64,000 bases of DNA from a virus (IMGVR_UViG_3300035183_000469:3578-67577); one strand, 5' to 3'. Shown: positions 17,162-26,285, counted from the first letter of the stretch. The notes: generated by a model not told the origin, from the letters alone. Made by a program: numbers and translations.

Positions 17162-18351
17162 AGACAAATAATGAAATGAGAAAAACAGAGAAAGGGGGAA
17201 ACAAAGTCGTTGTCCCTCCGCACATTCACAACAAGGATAAAATTGAGTTGCCCAGAATGTTTCGCGACATTCTTTTAACTCAATCGGTCACCTATCGCAC
17301 CGAAGAAATGGTGAATGTGATAGAAAAGTACGCCGAGTCCTTCGGGTGTGTCACCATGAAGGACGAGGGTAACCTGTACTGCGTAAAGGGGGTATCCGAA
17401 ATCTACCCGTGTATCGTGGCGCATACGGATACCGTGCATAAAATAATTCCACAGCATCATTACCGGCTGATGCAGGCCGACGAAATTGTCTTCGCTTACG
17501 ATACGGAGCGGAAAGACTACACAGGCATTGGCGGCGATGATAAGGTTGGCATCTATATCGCCTTGTGTTCGCTGCGCGACTTGCCGGCATGCAAAGCCGT
17601 ATTCTTCCGTGACGAAGAGTCGGGATGCATCGGGTCGTCGAAGGCAAAAGAGAACTTCTTCGATGACTGCGGGTTCGTCCTGCAATGCGACCGGCGCGGA
17701 TCGTCAGACTTCGTAAAGTCAATCTACGGAGAACTATACTCTAAAGAGTTCGGAGATACGATTGCTCCGACACTACTCAAGTATGGGTATAGAGAGACAT
17801 CCGGCATGACTACGGATGTGGACGCCCTAAAAGATGTCATTGACATCTGCATGGCGAACATGTCGTGCGGATACTACAACCCGCACTTAAAAGACGAGTT
17901 CATCAACCTCCACGAGGTTGAGAATTGTCGAAGGATGGTCATGGAGCTGTGTGAAGTGCTGCAAGGGCAGCGATGGGAACATGAACGCCGGATGCCGTCC
18001 GGTTTCAGGTACGATGGCCATGAATATGGAGGACATGGAGGATATGGAAGATATTACGGCTATGGCACCGACTATGACGCCGGCTACGGCGACGACGGCA
18101 AGAACAAACCTACCAAAAAGAAATGGTGGGAACACTACCGGAATAAGAAGTATGATGCCGGATTTTACGACGCATCCTCGTGGGAGGATAAAGCCATTGT
18201 CGCCGGTAAAAAACCTTCTTCCGATCCGGAAGAAAGGTATGAGTCTATGTACCCGACAAATGAAAAGTGTCATCACTGCGGCGAAGAAAGTGTGTGGTAC
18301 GATAGCGATACGAACCTCGACTACTGTACCACATGTAATATGTATTTGTGA
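17158..18351 (+). CDS. M28/M20-like zinc peptidase
   Basis: AHTDTVH, GGDDKVG, DEESGCIGS, QCDRRG, TDV, N.SCGYYNPH...E; Gly/Tyr-rich tail and zinc ribbon. Confidence 0.85.
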   Translation: MKTNNEMRKTEKGGNKVVVPPHIHNKDKIELPRMFRDILLTQSVTYRTEEMVNVIEKYAESFGCVTMKDEGNLYCVKGVSEIYPCIVAHTDTVHKIIPQHHYRLMQADEIVFAYDTERKDYTGIGGDDKVGIYIALCSLRDLPACKAVFFRDEESGCIGSSKAKENFFDDCGFVLQCDRRGSSDFVKSIYGELYSKEFGDTIAPTLLKYGYRETSGMTTDVDALKDVIDICMANMSCGYYNPHLKDEFINLHEVENCRRMVMELCEVLQGQRWEHERRMPSGFRYDGHEYGGHGGYGRYYGYGTDYDAGYGDDGKNKPTKKKWWEHYRNKKYDAGFYDASSWEDKAIVAGKKPSSDPEERYESMYPTNEKCHHCGEESVWYDSDTNLDYCTTCNMYL

Positions 18352-18406
18352 AAAAAATCACGACCTTTTCACATAATATTCGTATAATAATTAAAACAAC
18401 AATCAA

Positions 18407-19180
18407 ATGAAAACAAAAAAACTTCCGGTATCCCTTTTAACTAAAAAGGGTGCCCCCAAAAAAGACCGGGTCAGTGCCTCATGTATTGAAGCCATCCTGA
18501 CCGGTACATCAAGAACCGGACGCTCGAACTATTCAAAGGGTTGGCGGCATAAATCAGTATGGACAGAAGCTACAGTCCGTCAGCTTCGGTTACTTGGATA
18601 TGACGCCATCGGACTAAACGACAAGAAAGGAGGAGCTAACGGTGAGTATGTTGTCATCACCCGTTCCGGTGAAAAGACATCACAGAGACAAGCATTTATC
18701 CGCGCATGGAGAAAAGAACACCGGATGAAATGCTATAAAGAAAGAGTCAATGAACCGGAAGCAATCATGGCTGCAGCCCGTGCGGCTGTAATACTGGTTA
18801 ATCCTTCGGATGCCGCTGATCCGGAGTATTGGAGGAGTTTATATCGTGGCTGCGGGGTATATCGGGTGGGATGGCGCAATGGTCGTATGACCTGCGCCAT
18901 ACATGGCGGATTCCATAACTCATGTCCACACATGGTTGATCCTGACTTATGGCATGATGCAGTAGTCCATGTCATGAAAGAACACAGTGATCATATCGTA
19001 AAGATGGATGGAAGCGGTACAACATTCTACTTCCGGAACATGGAAGATGCAGATAAGGTATGCAACGCAACTTCGATATGGTATGTACCCAACCTAAACA
19101 CTGGTGGGAAACACCTTAATATCACGCCTGCTGATGCAATAATCGAAACCAATAAGATACAGGCAAAATCTACTTGCTGA
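18407..19180 (+). CDS. Hypothetical early protein
   Basis: 257-aa ORF with A-rich leader. Confidence 0.6.
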   Translation: MKTKKLPVSLLTKKGAPKKDRVSASCIEAILTGTSRTGRSNYSKGWRHKSVWTEATVRQLRLLGYDAIGLNDKKGGANGEYVVITRSGEKTSQRQAFIRAWRKEHRMKCYKERVNEPEAIMAAARAAVILVNPSDAADPEYWRSLYRGCGVYRVGWRNGRMTCAIHGGFHNSCPHMVDPDLWHDAVVHVMKEHSDHIVKMDGSGTTFYFRNMEDADKVCNATSIWYVPNLNTGGKHLNITPADAIIETNKIQAKSTC

Positions 19181-19223
19181 ATGAATTGATCAAGATGTTC
19201 CTAAACGTTTTAAACTTTAAGCA

Positions 19224-19628
19224 GTGAAATACAAACAGAATCTCCGTATTGAAGGAAACAGGGTATTTTCATATGATACCCACGTAGCCACTATTGTTGG
19301 TAAACAGTTAGTCCGTCACGGCTGGTGGTCGGTGACCACATCCAAGCACATCAATTATGTTGCGTCTGTCTATGGTCTAACGGTCGTGGATGGCAATTTT
19401 GATGAGACGCATGAATCAAATGACAACCCACTCAGAATAGCAGCTGTAGCGGCTAAAATGGCCGACGTGTTCTGCGATAATGAGGCCGACAAAAACTCTT
19501 GGAAACTACGGATGTTAAAAGCCGGTGCAGGGGACGGTTTTAATGTCCCGGAAGATTGGGATGCTCTCACCGAGAATGAGAAAAAGAAAAGATTAAATAA
19601 TGTAATAAATGTATTATTAGAAAAATGA
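19224..19628 (+). CDS. Conserved-type phage early protein (SY.T.VA...S.TTSKHIN)
   Basis: VFSYDTHVATI...WWSVTTSKHINY motif. Confidence 0.6.
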   Translation: MKYKQNLRIEGNRVFSYDTHVATIVGKQLVRHGWWSVTTSKHINYVASVYGLTVVDGNFDETHESNDNPLRIAAVAAKMADVFCDNEADKNSWKLRMLKAGAGDGFNVPEDWDALTENEKKKRLNNVINVLLEK

Positions 19629-19740
19629 TTTTGTGAACCAAAAAACAAAAAATGGAAAAGAAGCAAATCACAATGATTCTTTACTATTGAAAGCTCCGAT
19701 ACAGTTAAAGTTGAGTTTGAACTTTAAAAACCAATTCATA

Positions 19741-19911
19741 ATGAAAAAATTTATTCAGGAAAACAGGCCGCTGATTGACCAAATCATTGCCAAAAGGTTA
19801 GGACAACCTAAAAACCCATACCCAAACGACGCAGAACGACGCCTATGGGTGCTGAATGACGAATATCTTTACAACATGTACCAGTATGAAACACGAAGAA
19901 AAGGTAAATGA
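19741..19911 (+). CDS. Small hypothetical protein
   Basis: Likely start ATG 19741 within track ORF 19633-19911 (MKKFIQENR...ERRLWVLNDEYLY). Confidence 0.5.
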   Translation: MKKFIQENRPLIDQIIAKRLGQPKNPYPNDAERRLWVLNDEYLYNMYQYETRRKGK

Positions 19912-20266
19912 ATTTGCCAAAAGACATGGCATAAAACTCCGAGTAATCGGAACTCCTGAGTACAAAAAATACTTCCCGGAAGATTTGTCTCCGAGATACG
20001 TGTTCAAAATGTGCCTTTCAAGACATGGAAGGAGATATACATTCACCTTCGTAAAAAGTTATGCCAACGGAAAGGTGCCAACAATGTACGAAGTGTTGCA
20101 TTCTCTTACTAAAAGCGACCCGGGCTCCTTTCAGGAGTTCTGCTACAGCCTTGGATATGATGCCGACAGCATCACGGCTAATAGAATATATAAAAAGTGT
20201 TGCAGGGAATACGCAGCCGTCAAACGACTGTTCGGCGACCTGCTTTATATGAAATTTGAGTTTTAG
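19886..20266 (+). CDS. Hypothetical early protein
   Basis: P..YEVL.SL...D..SFQEFC...GYD.DS..A..IY motif; start adjusted to ATG 19886. Confidence 0.6.
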   Translation: MKHEEKVNEFAKRHGIKLRVIGTPEYKKYFPEDLSPRYVFKMCLSRHGRRYTFTFVKSYANGKVPTMYEVLHSLTKSDPGSFQEFCYSLGYDADSITANRIYKKCCREYAAVKRLFGDLLYMKFEF

Positions 20267-20304
20267 CTTGATCATAATTTCTCTTAACCAAATAAATTTA
20301 TCCA

Positions 20305-20622
20305 ATGAAACAAAAAAGAAAGCGTGGCAGTACTAAGCTGCCTAAAAACGAACTGTTCACAATATCGTATGATTTTGTGCCAAGTAAAATTCGTTCCCCA
20401 AAAGACGGCAAGGTGATTGACAGAATCATTCTCACTCTGAACCATTGTGAGAAGAATGGTCACTTTACTGTACCTATCAATTACTTTAAGTTGTCTCCTA
20501 CGTCTATCTCGACTATCGTCCGCCGGGAATTGGCGCGCAGGAAGATGGAAATTGTCTTCGTTTCCGGCTTCCTAAAAAATGAGGGGAAAATAATTTCCAT
20601 AAGGTTTAAAAGAGTGAACTAA
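20305..20622 (+). CDS. Small basic, putative DNA-binding protein
   Basis: Basic; C-terminal beta strand resembling those of 1273-1809 and 22931-23245. Confidence 0.5.
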   Translation: MKQKRKRGSTKLPKNELFTISYDFVPSKIRSPKDGKVIDRIILTLNHCEKNGHFTVPINYFKLSPTSISTIVRRELARRKMEIVFVSGFLKNEGKIISIRFKRVN

Positions 20623-20906
20623 TGGTAAAACTTTCTTACAAAAAGTCATCGGACGGAAACATTGTCCCGGCCGTCGTCTCAAGGGAAACAAATGAAACGG
20701 TTTTATTCGGAAGATACCGTGGCAAACCGTTTGTCCTTGAACTTGTTGCGCCCAATTTGGTTCAAGTCCGAATAAAAGGGACGCAACAAAAGGAGAGCAT
20801 TCAGGCAGGCGACCTGTGGCGAATGCTAATGATAGCCAGCGCGCCACGTCGCAGAATGGAACGCCGGAAAGCGGCAACACGGAAGAAAAAAGGAGGTGTG
20901 CGATGA
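20622..20906 (+). CDS. Hypothetical basic protein
   Basis: Coupled (TAATG) to the previous gene. Confidence 0.55.
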   Translation: MVKLSYKKSSDGNIVPAVVSRETNETVLFGRYRGKPFVLELVAPNLVQVRIKGTQQKESIQAGDLWRMLMIASAPRRRMERRKAATRKKKGGVR

Positions 20907-21133
20907 AGCATATGCGACATCAATACACCACCGTGGTCATCAGAGGATGGGACGACAATTCCGAGGCAACGGAATACGCCGTGCAGTTCATCCCGATGCG
21001 TCCTACTCCGCCGTATCAGTTCAAAAATGTGGCCATCGTGTTTGCCAACGGACAAAAAATTGGAGCGTCCAATACCAGACGCATGGCTTCAAAGAGGGAG
21101 GCCATCAGGCAAATTAAAATGCTCACAAAATAA
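20903..21133 (+). CDS. Hypothetical protein
   Basis: ATGA coupling with the previous stop. Confidence 0.5.
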   Translation: MKHMRHQYTTVVIRGWDDNSEATEYAVQFIPMRPTPPYQFKNVAIVFANGQKIGASNTRRMASKREAIRQIKMLTK

Positions 21134-21136
21134 CAT

Positions 21137-21352
21137 ATGAAAAACATATTCATCTGTGCATGGTGCGAAACACCGTCTCAGATAGACGAAGACTCAGTAG
21201 ATGAACGCCGGTATTCCGGTCATATCTTCTGCTCAATGGAATGCCGCAACCGGTATTATCTATACCGGCTCCGGCGTAATCAACCGATTAAAAAAAATAT
21301 GTGTTGTGAGAGTGTTATCAAGAACGGGTGGGATAGTACACGCTTCCTTTGA
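21137..21352 (+). CDS. Small zinc-finger protein
   Basis: CAWC...FCSMEC motif. Confidence 0.5.
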   Translation: MKNIFICAWCETPSQIDEDSVDERRYSGHIFCSMECRNRYYLYRLRRNQPIKKNMCCESVIKNGWDSTRFL

Positions 21353-22904
21353 TTATCAGTCCGACATTTTAGCGCTGGTAAAAAATATCCGTGGGCGGAA
21401 GTGGGTGCCAACCAAACGACGATGGGACATCCCGTTGGCATCGGATACAGCCGACAAAATACGGCTCCTGATAACCAGGTCTGGATTTCAGGACAACGGA
21501 GGAATCATGGCAGAAATTGACCGTCTGTCAAAAGACGAGTTAATATATCTGCGACTGTCGTCCGCCGCAGACGGCGACTACCATGTTCACGGGTTGCGTC
21601 GAGACCTGCGTGGCTATCAGAAGTCCGGTGTGGAATACGGAATTAAAAGCCGCCGTCTTATCATCGGCGACCCGCCCGGAGTCGGTAAGACGTGGCAAGC
21701 CATCGGCATTGTCAATGAATTACAGGCATATCCTTGTCTTGTGGTATGCCCGTCCATAGTAAAAATGAAGTGGGCGAAGGAGTTTTCCGAGCTCCTCGAA
21801 CAGCCACGTACTATTCACGTGGTTAGCGGAAAAGACTTCCGCAGGGCAGACATCGTAATCATCAACTATGATGTTCTGAGGCAAAACCAGGATGCGATTA
21901 TGGCTTCCGGGTTTGCGTCCGTGATAGGCGACGAATTTCATAGGATAAAAAACCCAAAGTCACAAAGGGGGAAGGCGTTGGTGGCTATTGCTAATGGCAT
22001 TGAACTGAAAATAGGACTTTCAGGCACGCCGATTGTCAATGCGCCAAAAGATTTGGTTAACCAACTCAAAGCCATCGGGCGACTGAGTGAATTTGGTGGT
22101 GAATGGGGATTCTATAAAGACTTCTGCGATCTTCGCAAGGAGTTTTATGGATACACCTATGACGGCGCCACCAACCTTGGCGAGTTAGACCGAAGAATGC
22201 GTGGCGGTGGCATGTATGTACGTAGGGAGAAATCCGCGGTTCAAAAAGACCTGCCGGATAAAACTATCGAACGGGTGGACGTGCAGGTACATACTATGCC
22301 GGAATACATGGTCGCCCTGTCAGAGTCAAGGAAGATCATGACATCAAACCTGTCTGCGATAGACAGGGAGCGACAGATGATGACCATGCGGCTGCGGTTG
22401 CAGCGCATCACGGCCATGGGCAAACTTCCCTTTGTTAAGGAGGCGTTGGACGACCTTGTTTACAATGGAGAAAAGGTCGTAGTATTTGCCTTCTTCCGGC
22501 AAGTAATAGCGGAGATCGCATCGTGGTATCCGTCTATGACGGCAACCCTTACTGGTTCTGATTCGATGGAAGAGAAGTGGCGCAAGAACCAATCCTTCCT
22601 GACCGACCCGTCATGCCGCATCATTGTATGCAGCACGGAGATAACGGAAGGAATTGATTTGGTAAGCGCCGCCACCAGCATACACTCCGAGCTTGTGTGG
22701 ACGTATGCAAAACTTGAACAAAATATGGATCGGCTTCACCGAATAGGACAACGACAGCCGGTAACAGCTATCATCCCGGTTGCCAATACGTCGTCCGACC
22801 GGGCAATGTGGAAAGCAATCCAGCGGAAGGCAACATATTCACTGTCAGAAAGTGATATGATGCGGCAAATTTTGATGGAAGAAAATTTGGAAATAATAAA
22901 ATAA
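21201..22904 (+). CDS. SNF2-family helicase (HARP/SMARCAL1-like annealing helicase)
   Basis: N-term HARP-like 'VKNIRGRKWVPTKRRWDIP'; LRGYQ; GDPPGVGKT; DEFH; LSGTPIVN; QNMDRLHRIGQ. Confidence 0.9.
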   Translation: MNAGIPVISSAQWNAATGIIYTGSGVINRLKKICVVRVLSRTGGIVHASFDYQSDILALVKNIRGRKWVPTKRRWDIPLASDTADKIRLLITRSGFQDNGGIMAEIDRLSKDELIYLRLSSAADGDYHVHGLRRDLRGYQKSGVEYGIKSRRLIIGDPPGVGKTWQAIGIVNELQAYPCLVVCPSIVKMKWAKEFSELLEQPRTIHVVSGKDFRRADIVIINYDVLRQNQDAIMASGFASVIGDEFHRIKNPKSQRGKALVAIANGIELKIGLSGTPIVNAPKDLVNQLKAIGRLSEFGGEWGFYKDFCDLRKEFYGYTYDGATNLGELDRRMRGGGMYVRREKSAVQKDLPDKTIERVDVQVHTMPEYMVALSESRKIMTSNLSAIDRERQMMTMRLRLQRITAMGKLPFVKEALDDLVYNGEKVVVFAFFRQVIAEIASWYPSMTATLTGSDSMEEKWRKNQSFLTDPSCRIIVCSTEITEGIDLVSAATSIHSELVWTYAKLEQNMDRLHRIGQRQPVTAIIPVANTSSDRAMWKAIQRKATYSLSESDMMRQILMEENLEIIK

Positions 22905-22930
22905 AACTTTACTTTTATATCGTCAAAACT

Positions 22931-23245
22931 ATGACAGAAATCATTCGCAACGGGTTAACCGCTTCATTCAGAAGAAGATACCCTGAGCTGTTTGAGGATT
23001 TGGCGGCATTACAACCGCCAAGACCTCTAAAAAAAAGAGTGCCAAAGCCGGAGAAAATTTTGCCGGAGGATATGCACAAGTATTATGAGGTGGATAGCAC
23101 CTTCCATGCTGTTGCTCAAGAGGTGGCGCGATCGGCGGCGGCACACATAAGTCGCAGGACGAAGGGGAAATATACCCTCCGCTTTGTAACAGAGATACAA
23201 AACGGAATTGCTGTGCGCGGGGTGCGTATTTGGAGAATTAAATAA
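22931..23245 (+). CDS. Putative small DNA-binding protein
   Basis: Ends in GVRIWRIK, the same family motif as 1273-1809. Confidence 0.55.
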   Translation: MTEIIRNGLTASFRRRYPELFEDLAALQPPRPLKKRVPKPEKILPEDMHKYYEVDSTFHAVAQEVARSAAAHISRRTKGKYTLRFVTEIQNGIAVRGVRIWRIK

Positions 23246-23252
23246 AACGACA

Positions 23253-23480
23253 ATGATATTCAAAAACGAGACCGGAAGCTACCTCTCAAAGGACGAGGTG
23301 CTTAGGCATCACATTCGGGACGCGTTTGATAACACAAACAATGATTTCATGGGCGACATAAATGCCGAAGAAATTATTGCCTATGCAAGATACGTAGGAT
23401 ACGATGATCTTGCCGACGAGATGGATTTTGATTTGGAGATGAGCAGATTAAATCCTTTCAGAATATCTTTCAATCAATGA
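23253..23480 (+). CDS. Hypothetical acidic protein
   Basis: Likely start ATG 23253 within track ORF 23208-23480. Confidence 0.5.
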   Translation: MIFKNETGSYLSKDEVLRHHIRDAFDNTNNDFMGDINAEEIIAYARYVGYDDLADEMDFDLEMSRLNPFRISFNQ

Positions 23481-23595
23481 ATGATTCGCAAAAAAAATAC
23501 AGTAGTCACTATGACTTGCATGCTCTCTTATTTCCATATCTTTGTTTTTTATAGGATCGGCGGAGTTCTGATGTTCTCGCTCTGCCTATATCCTA

Positions 23596-23637
23596 AAACC
23601 CCGCAGTGGTGAGAGGCTGCGGGGTTTATTTTTTTTT
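23596..23637 (+). terminator. Intrinsic terminator
   Basis: AAACCCCGCAGT-loop-GCTGCGGGGTTT followed by a T tract. Confidence 0.85.
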
Positions 23638-23677
23638 ATTGCGGAAATTGGATGCCATTACATGAACCACCAACAAA

Positions 23678-24013
23678 ATGTCAAATAGAAAACTAAACGA
23701 CCCTTTTGCCTATGTGCTGTTAGCGGTAATGATTTCAGATGTAGTGATTTCAGCGGTAGTGCTTTTAACTTGTGGAACTCGATTGAAAAATGGCGTTGTT
23801 GTTGATAAATGGCACGAGGAAGCAAGAATTGAATCATACACGTATTACAACTTTATACTAAAAATGCGAATGTCTGGAACTCGTTTGGATGATGAGGATT
23901 TTGTATTAATAGTAAAAGGTTTTAATGGTAAAGACACGGTTAAACAACGTTTTGAAGTGTCTAAAACGGATTATGAAAATATAAATATTGGCGATTATGT
24001 CTCCTTTCCATAG
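23678..24013 (+). CDS. Cassette gene: membrane-anchored OB-fold-like protein
   Basis: Hydrophobic N-terminus, GVVVDKW...FEVSKTDYENINIGDYV; bracketed by GTTAGCGGTAATG / CATTACCTCTAAC. Confidence 0.6.
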   Translation: MSNRKLNDPFAYVLLAVMISDVVISAVVLLTCGTRLKNGVVVDKWHEEARIESYTYYNFILKMRMSGTRLDDEDFVLIVKGFNGKDTVKQRFEVSKTDYENINIGDYVSFP

Positions 24014-24019
24014 CATTAC

Positions 24020-24152
24020 CTCTAACGGTTCTGGTATTGCCGAATGTGGGAGATACTTGCACAACAGCCCATCAGAAGGATAAAAGTTTAATGTAGTATA
24101 ATTGCTTATTAGTGGAACGTCAGCCCCCACTTTTAGCAATACATTGTTAGTG
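24020..24152 (+). repeat. attC-like site 1
   Basis: CTCTAAC-GGTTCTG-GTATTGCCGAATGTGGG...CCCACTTTTAGCAATAC-ATT-GTTAGTG. Confidence 0.75.
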
Positions 24153-24177
24153 GCTGGCATCTTTAAACAACAAACCT

Positions 24178-24480
24178 ATGTACAAAGAACAAATTAAAGA
24201 AAAAGGCTCCGATATGCCTACTGCAATTCATCAACCCGAATTGAATGTAATTATCGAAAGGCTGGCAAATGCCGTTAATCGTTATGATGATATTTTATCT
24301 GAAACAAAGCATAAACTGCAAACGATTAAAAAGTATGATGAGCCTGCAACATCAAATGAAGTTTCAAAAGAAACAGAGCCTGATAGTTTAATCGAAGAAA
24401 TTCATTTTTTGCTATTTAAGTTAAATGATTTGAATGAAAGGGCAGAAGCCAATTTAAGACATTTGAGAGAAATTGTTTAG
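24178..24480 (+). CDS. Cassette gene: coiled-coil hypothetical protein
   Basis: 100-aa ORF following attC-like site 1. Confidence 0.6.
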   Translation: MYKEQIKEKGSDMPTAIHQPELNVIIERLANAVNRYDDILSETKHKLQTIKKYDEPATSNEVSKETEPDSLIEEIHFLLFKLNDLNERAEANLRHLREIV

Positions 24481-24553
24481 CATTTTCGGGTTATGTGGGA
24501 TGCTACTCATTCGGAGCAGTGTCCCACGTTTGCCGATAACAGAAATTAATGAG

Positions 24554-24913
24554 ATGAAAATCAATGCTCCTGACGCATATACTTTGTTGCCTACTGTGCT
24601 TTTGGATGATAATGGTTATCCAACTGATGAATGGCTGCAATATCTTAAAACCTATAAGCCAGATGAAAGTTTGCCTTTACTTACATTTGTTAAAACGGTT
24701 CTGGTTGACGGATGGTATATGTCTGATTGGGGGTTTAAGCTAAGTAAGAAGTATAAAGGCAAATACAAACTTGAACTTTATACAGGTGGATGGAGTGGCA
24801 ATGAAGAAATTATTGAAGCAATTATGTCAAATATGTGGCTCACTAACTTCAAGATGAAATTTTTGATGTGGCGAACCGGAGGTCATTATTACTTTGAGTT
24901 GTCTGTCGGTTAG
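24554..24913 (+). CDS. Cassette gene: hypothetical protein (GYPT...TGGWSGNE...GGHY)
   Basis: Start probably ATG 24554, reading through the GTTGCCT core at 24586. Confidence 0.6.
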   Translation: MKINAPDAYTLLPTVLLDDNGYPTDEWLQYLKTYKPDESLPLLTFVKTVLVDGWYMSDWGFKLSKKYKGKYKLELYTGGWSGNEEIIEAIMSNMWLTNFKMKFLMWRTGGHYYFELSVG

Positions 24914-24919
24914 CATTGC

Positions 24920-25121
24920 TGCCAATGGTTTCGGGATTTGCGCATGTATTTTTTGCGGATTTAAAAACTTATTAAATAACACAATATGACAAGAGAAGAA
25001 CTGATTGATTTTGCAAAATGGCTTGATGATGGCACAGACTATTTTGGCGAGAGTTACATTCAGGTGAAAACTGATGAATATATTAAAGCCAAAAATATTG
25101 TCGTTAAAGCCGATGTTAGCG
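24920..25121 (+). repeat. attC-like site (degenerate) whose loop holds the start of ORF 24986
   Basis: TGCCAAT-GGTTTCGGGATTTGCGCATGTATTTTTTGC...GCCAAAAATATTGTCGTTAAAGCCG-AT-GTTAGCG. Confidence 0.55.
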
Positions 25122-25219
25122 GTTCGGTTTGCAATTACTGTAAAGGTAAAGGAAGAATATTTCATTGGGAGTTTGGTCAATTTGTTGAATGTGTGTGCTG
25201 TCGGGAAACCGACCGCTAA
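24986..25219 (+). CDS. Chimeric small protein: attC-loop N-terminus plus zinc-finger mini-cassette
   Basis: CNYCKGKG...ECVCC after KADVSGS; stop lies in the TAAC inverse core. Confidence 0.55.
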   Translation: MTREELIDFAKWLDDGTDYFGESYIQVKTDEYIKAKNIVVKADVSGSVCNYCKGKGRIFHWEFGQFVECVCCRETDR

Positions 25220-25347
25220 CGGGTCGGGTATTGCTGTCAGTAGCGGCAATAGGATTACAAATGTTCATAAAAGCACTAAAGTTAAATTGGAAAACGTAAG
25301 CTCAAATATTATTCGTCAGCCGCCATTGCAACAATCTGCTGTTATAC
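25214..25347 (+). repeat. attC-like site
   Basis: CGCTAAC-GGGTCGGG-TATTGCTGTCAGTAGCGGC...GCCGCCATTGCAACAATC-TGCT-GTTATAC. Confidence 0.75.
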
Positions 25348-26234
25348 ACTCGCGCCTTTCACACGGCTCACTTTTTTCGGGAATAGGTGGTTTTGATTTG
25401 GCTGCACAATGGATGGGATGGAACAATATTTTTCAGGTAGAGATTGACAAATTTTGTCAAAAGGTTTTAGAAAAAAATTTCCCGGACACAAAACGATATT
25501 CAGACATTAAAAAATTTAACGGAACAGAATATGAAAACAAAATTGACATCCTCACCGGAGGGCTTCCTTGTCAACCATTTAGCACAGCCGGGAAGCGAAG
25601 AGGCAAAGATGATGACCGTTACCTCTGGGAAGAAATGCTTAGAGTTATTACAGAGGTTAAACCGACCTATGTTGTTGGCGAAAATGTTCCTGGCATCATC
25701 GGTCTGGCACTCGACACGGTGCTATCTGACATGGAGAATCAGAACTACACCACAGAAACGTTTATTATTCCAGCTTGCGCCGTCAATGCTCCGCACCGAA
25801 GGGATAGAGTGTGGTTTATTGCTTACACCAACAGCATCAGATGGAAAGATGGAGAAAAAGAAATCGGAAAACCTTTACATAACGGAAACAGGAACGATGC
25901 GATTAAGGAACAAAGCTGGGAGCAGCAGCAATGCGGGACTGGTAAATCAAATTCATTTTTTGCCGACACCAACTGTGAACACAGGGAAGAATCTCTCGGA
26001 GGGGATAAATTGGGATATGAGGGAAAAGAAACACTACTTGGACGGGGTTTTTATGAACCGGATTGGAATAGAGAATGGACTGCGGTTGCATCCGAACTTT
26101 GTCGAGTGGATGATGGGCTACCCAAAGAATTGGACAAAGCTAAAAGAATAAAAGCGCTTGGAAACGCTATTGTCCCGCAGGTCGCCTATGAACTGTTTAA
26201 AGCAATAGATAGTGTCCACCGTCGTGTGGTATAA
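25287..26234 (+). CDS. dcm: DNA (cytosine-5)-methyltransferase, alpha polypeptide
   Basis: Motif I LFSGIGG, IV GGLPCQPFS, VI ENV, VIII HRRDRVW, X LGNAIVP; probable TTG start 25287. Confidence 0.9.
   Translation: MENVSSNIIRQPPLQQSAVIHSRLSHGSLFSGIGGFDLAAQWMGWNNIFQVEIDKFCQKVLEKNFPDTKRYSDIKKFNGTEYENKIDILTGGLPCQPFSTAGKRRGKDDDRYLWEEMLRVITEVKPTYVVGENVPGIIGLALDTVLSDMENQNYTTETFIIPACAVNAPHRRDRVWFIAYTNSIRWKDGEKEIGKPLHNGNRNDAIKEQSWEQQQCGTGKSNSFFADTNCEHREESLGGDKLGYEGKETLLGRGFYEPDWNREWTAVASELCRVDDGLPKELDKAKRIKALGNAIVPQVAYELFKAIDSVHRRVV
25531..26151 (+). CDS. Alternate-frame beta polypeptide of the C5 methyltransferase (motif IX)
   Basis: Fully nested in the +1 frame; LLTPTASD, LPTPT and LHPNFVEWMMGYPKNWT (motif IX-like). 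Confidence 0.65.
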   Translation: MKTKLTSSPEGFLVNHLAQPGSEEAKMMTVTSGKKCLELLQRLNRPMLLAKMFLASSVWHSTRCYLTWRIRTTPQKRLLFQLAPSMLRTEGIECGLLLTPTASDGKMEKKKSENLYITETGTMRLRNKAGSSSNAGLVNQIHFLPTPTVNTGKNLSEGINWDMREKKHYLDGVFMNRIGIENGLRLHPNFVEWMMGYPKNWTKLKE

Positions 26235-26285
26235 CAGCATCTGCTTTGCGAAGGCGTGGATTTTAACAACTAAATTTGATATAGT

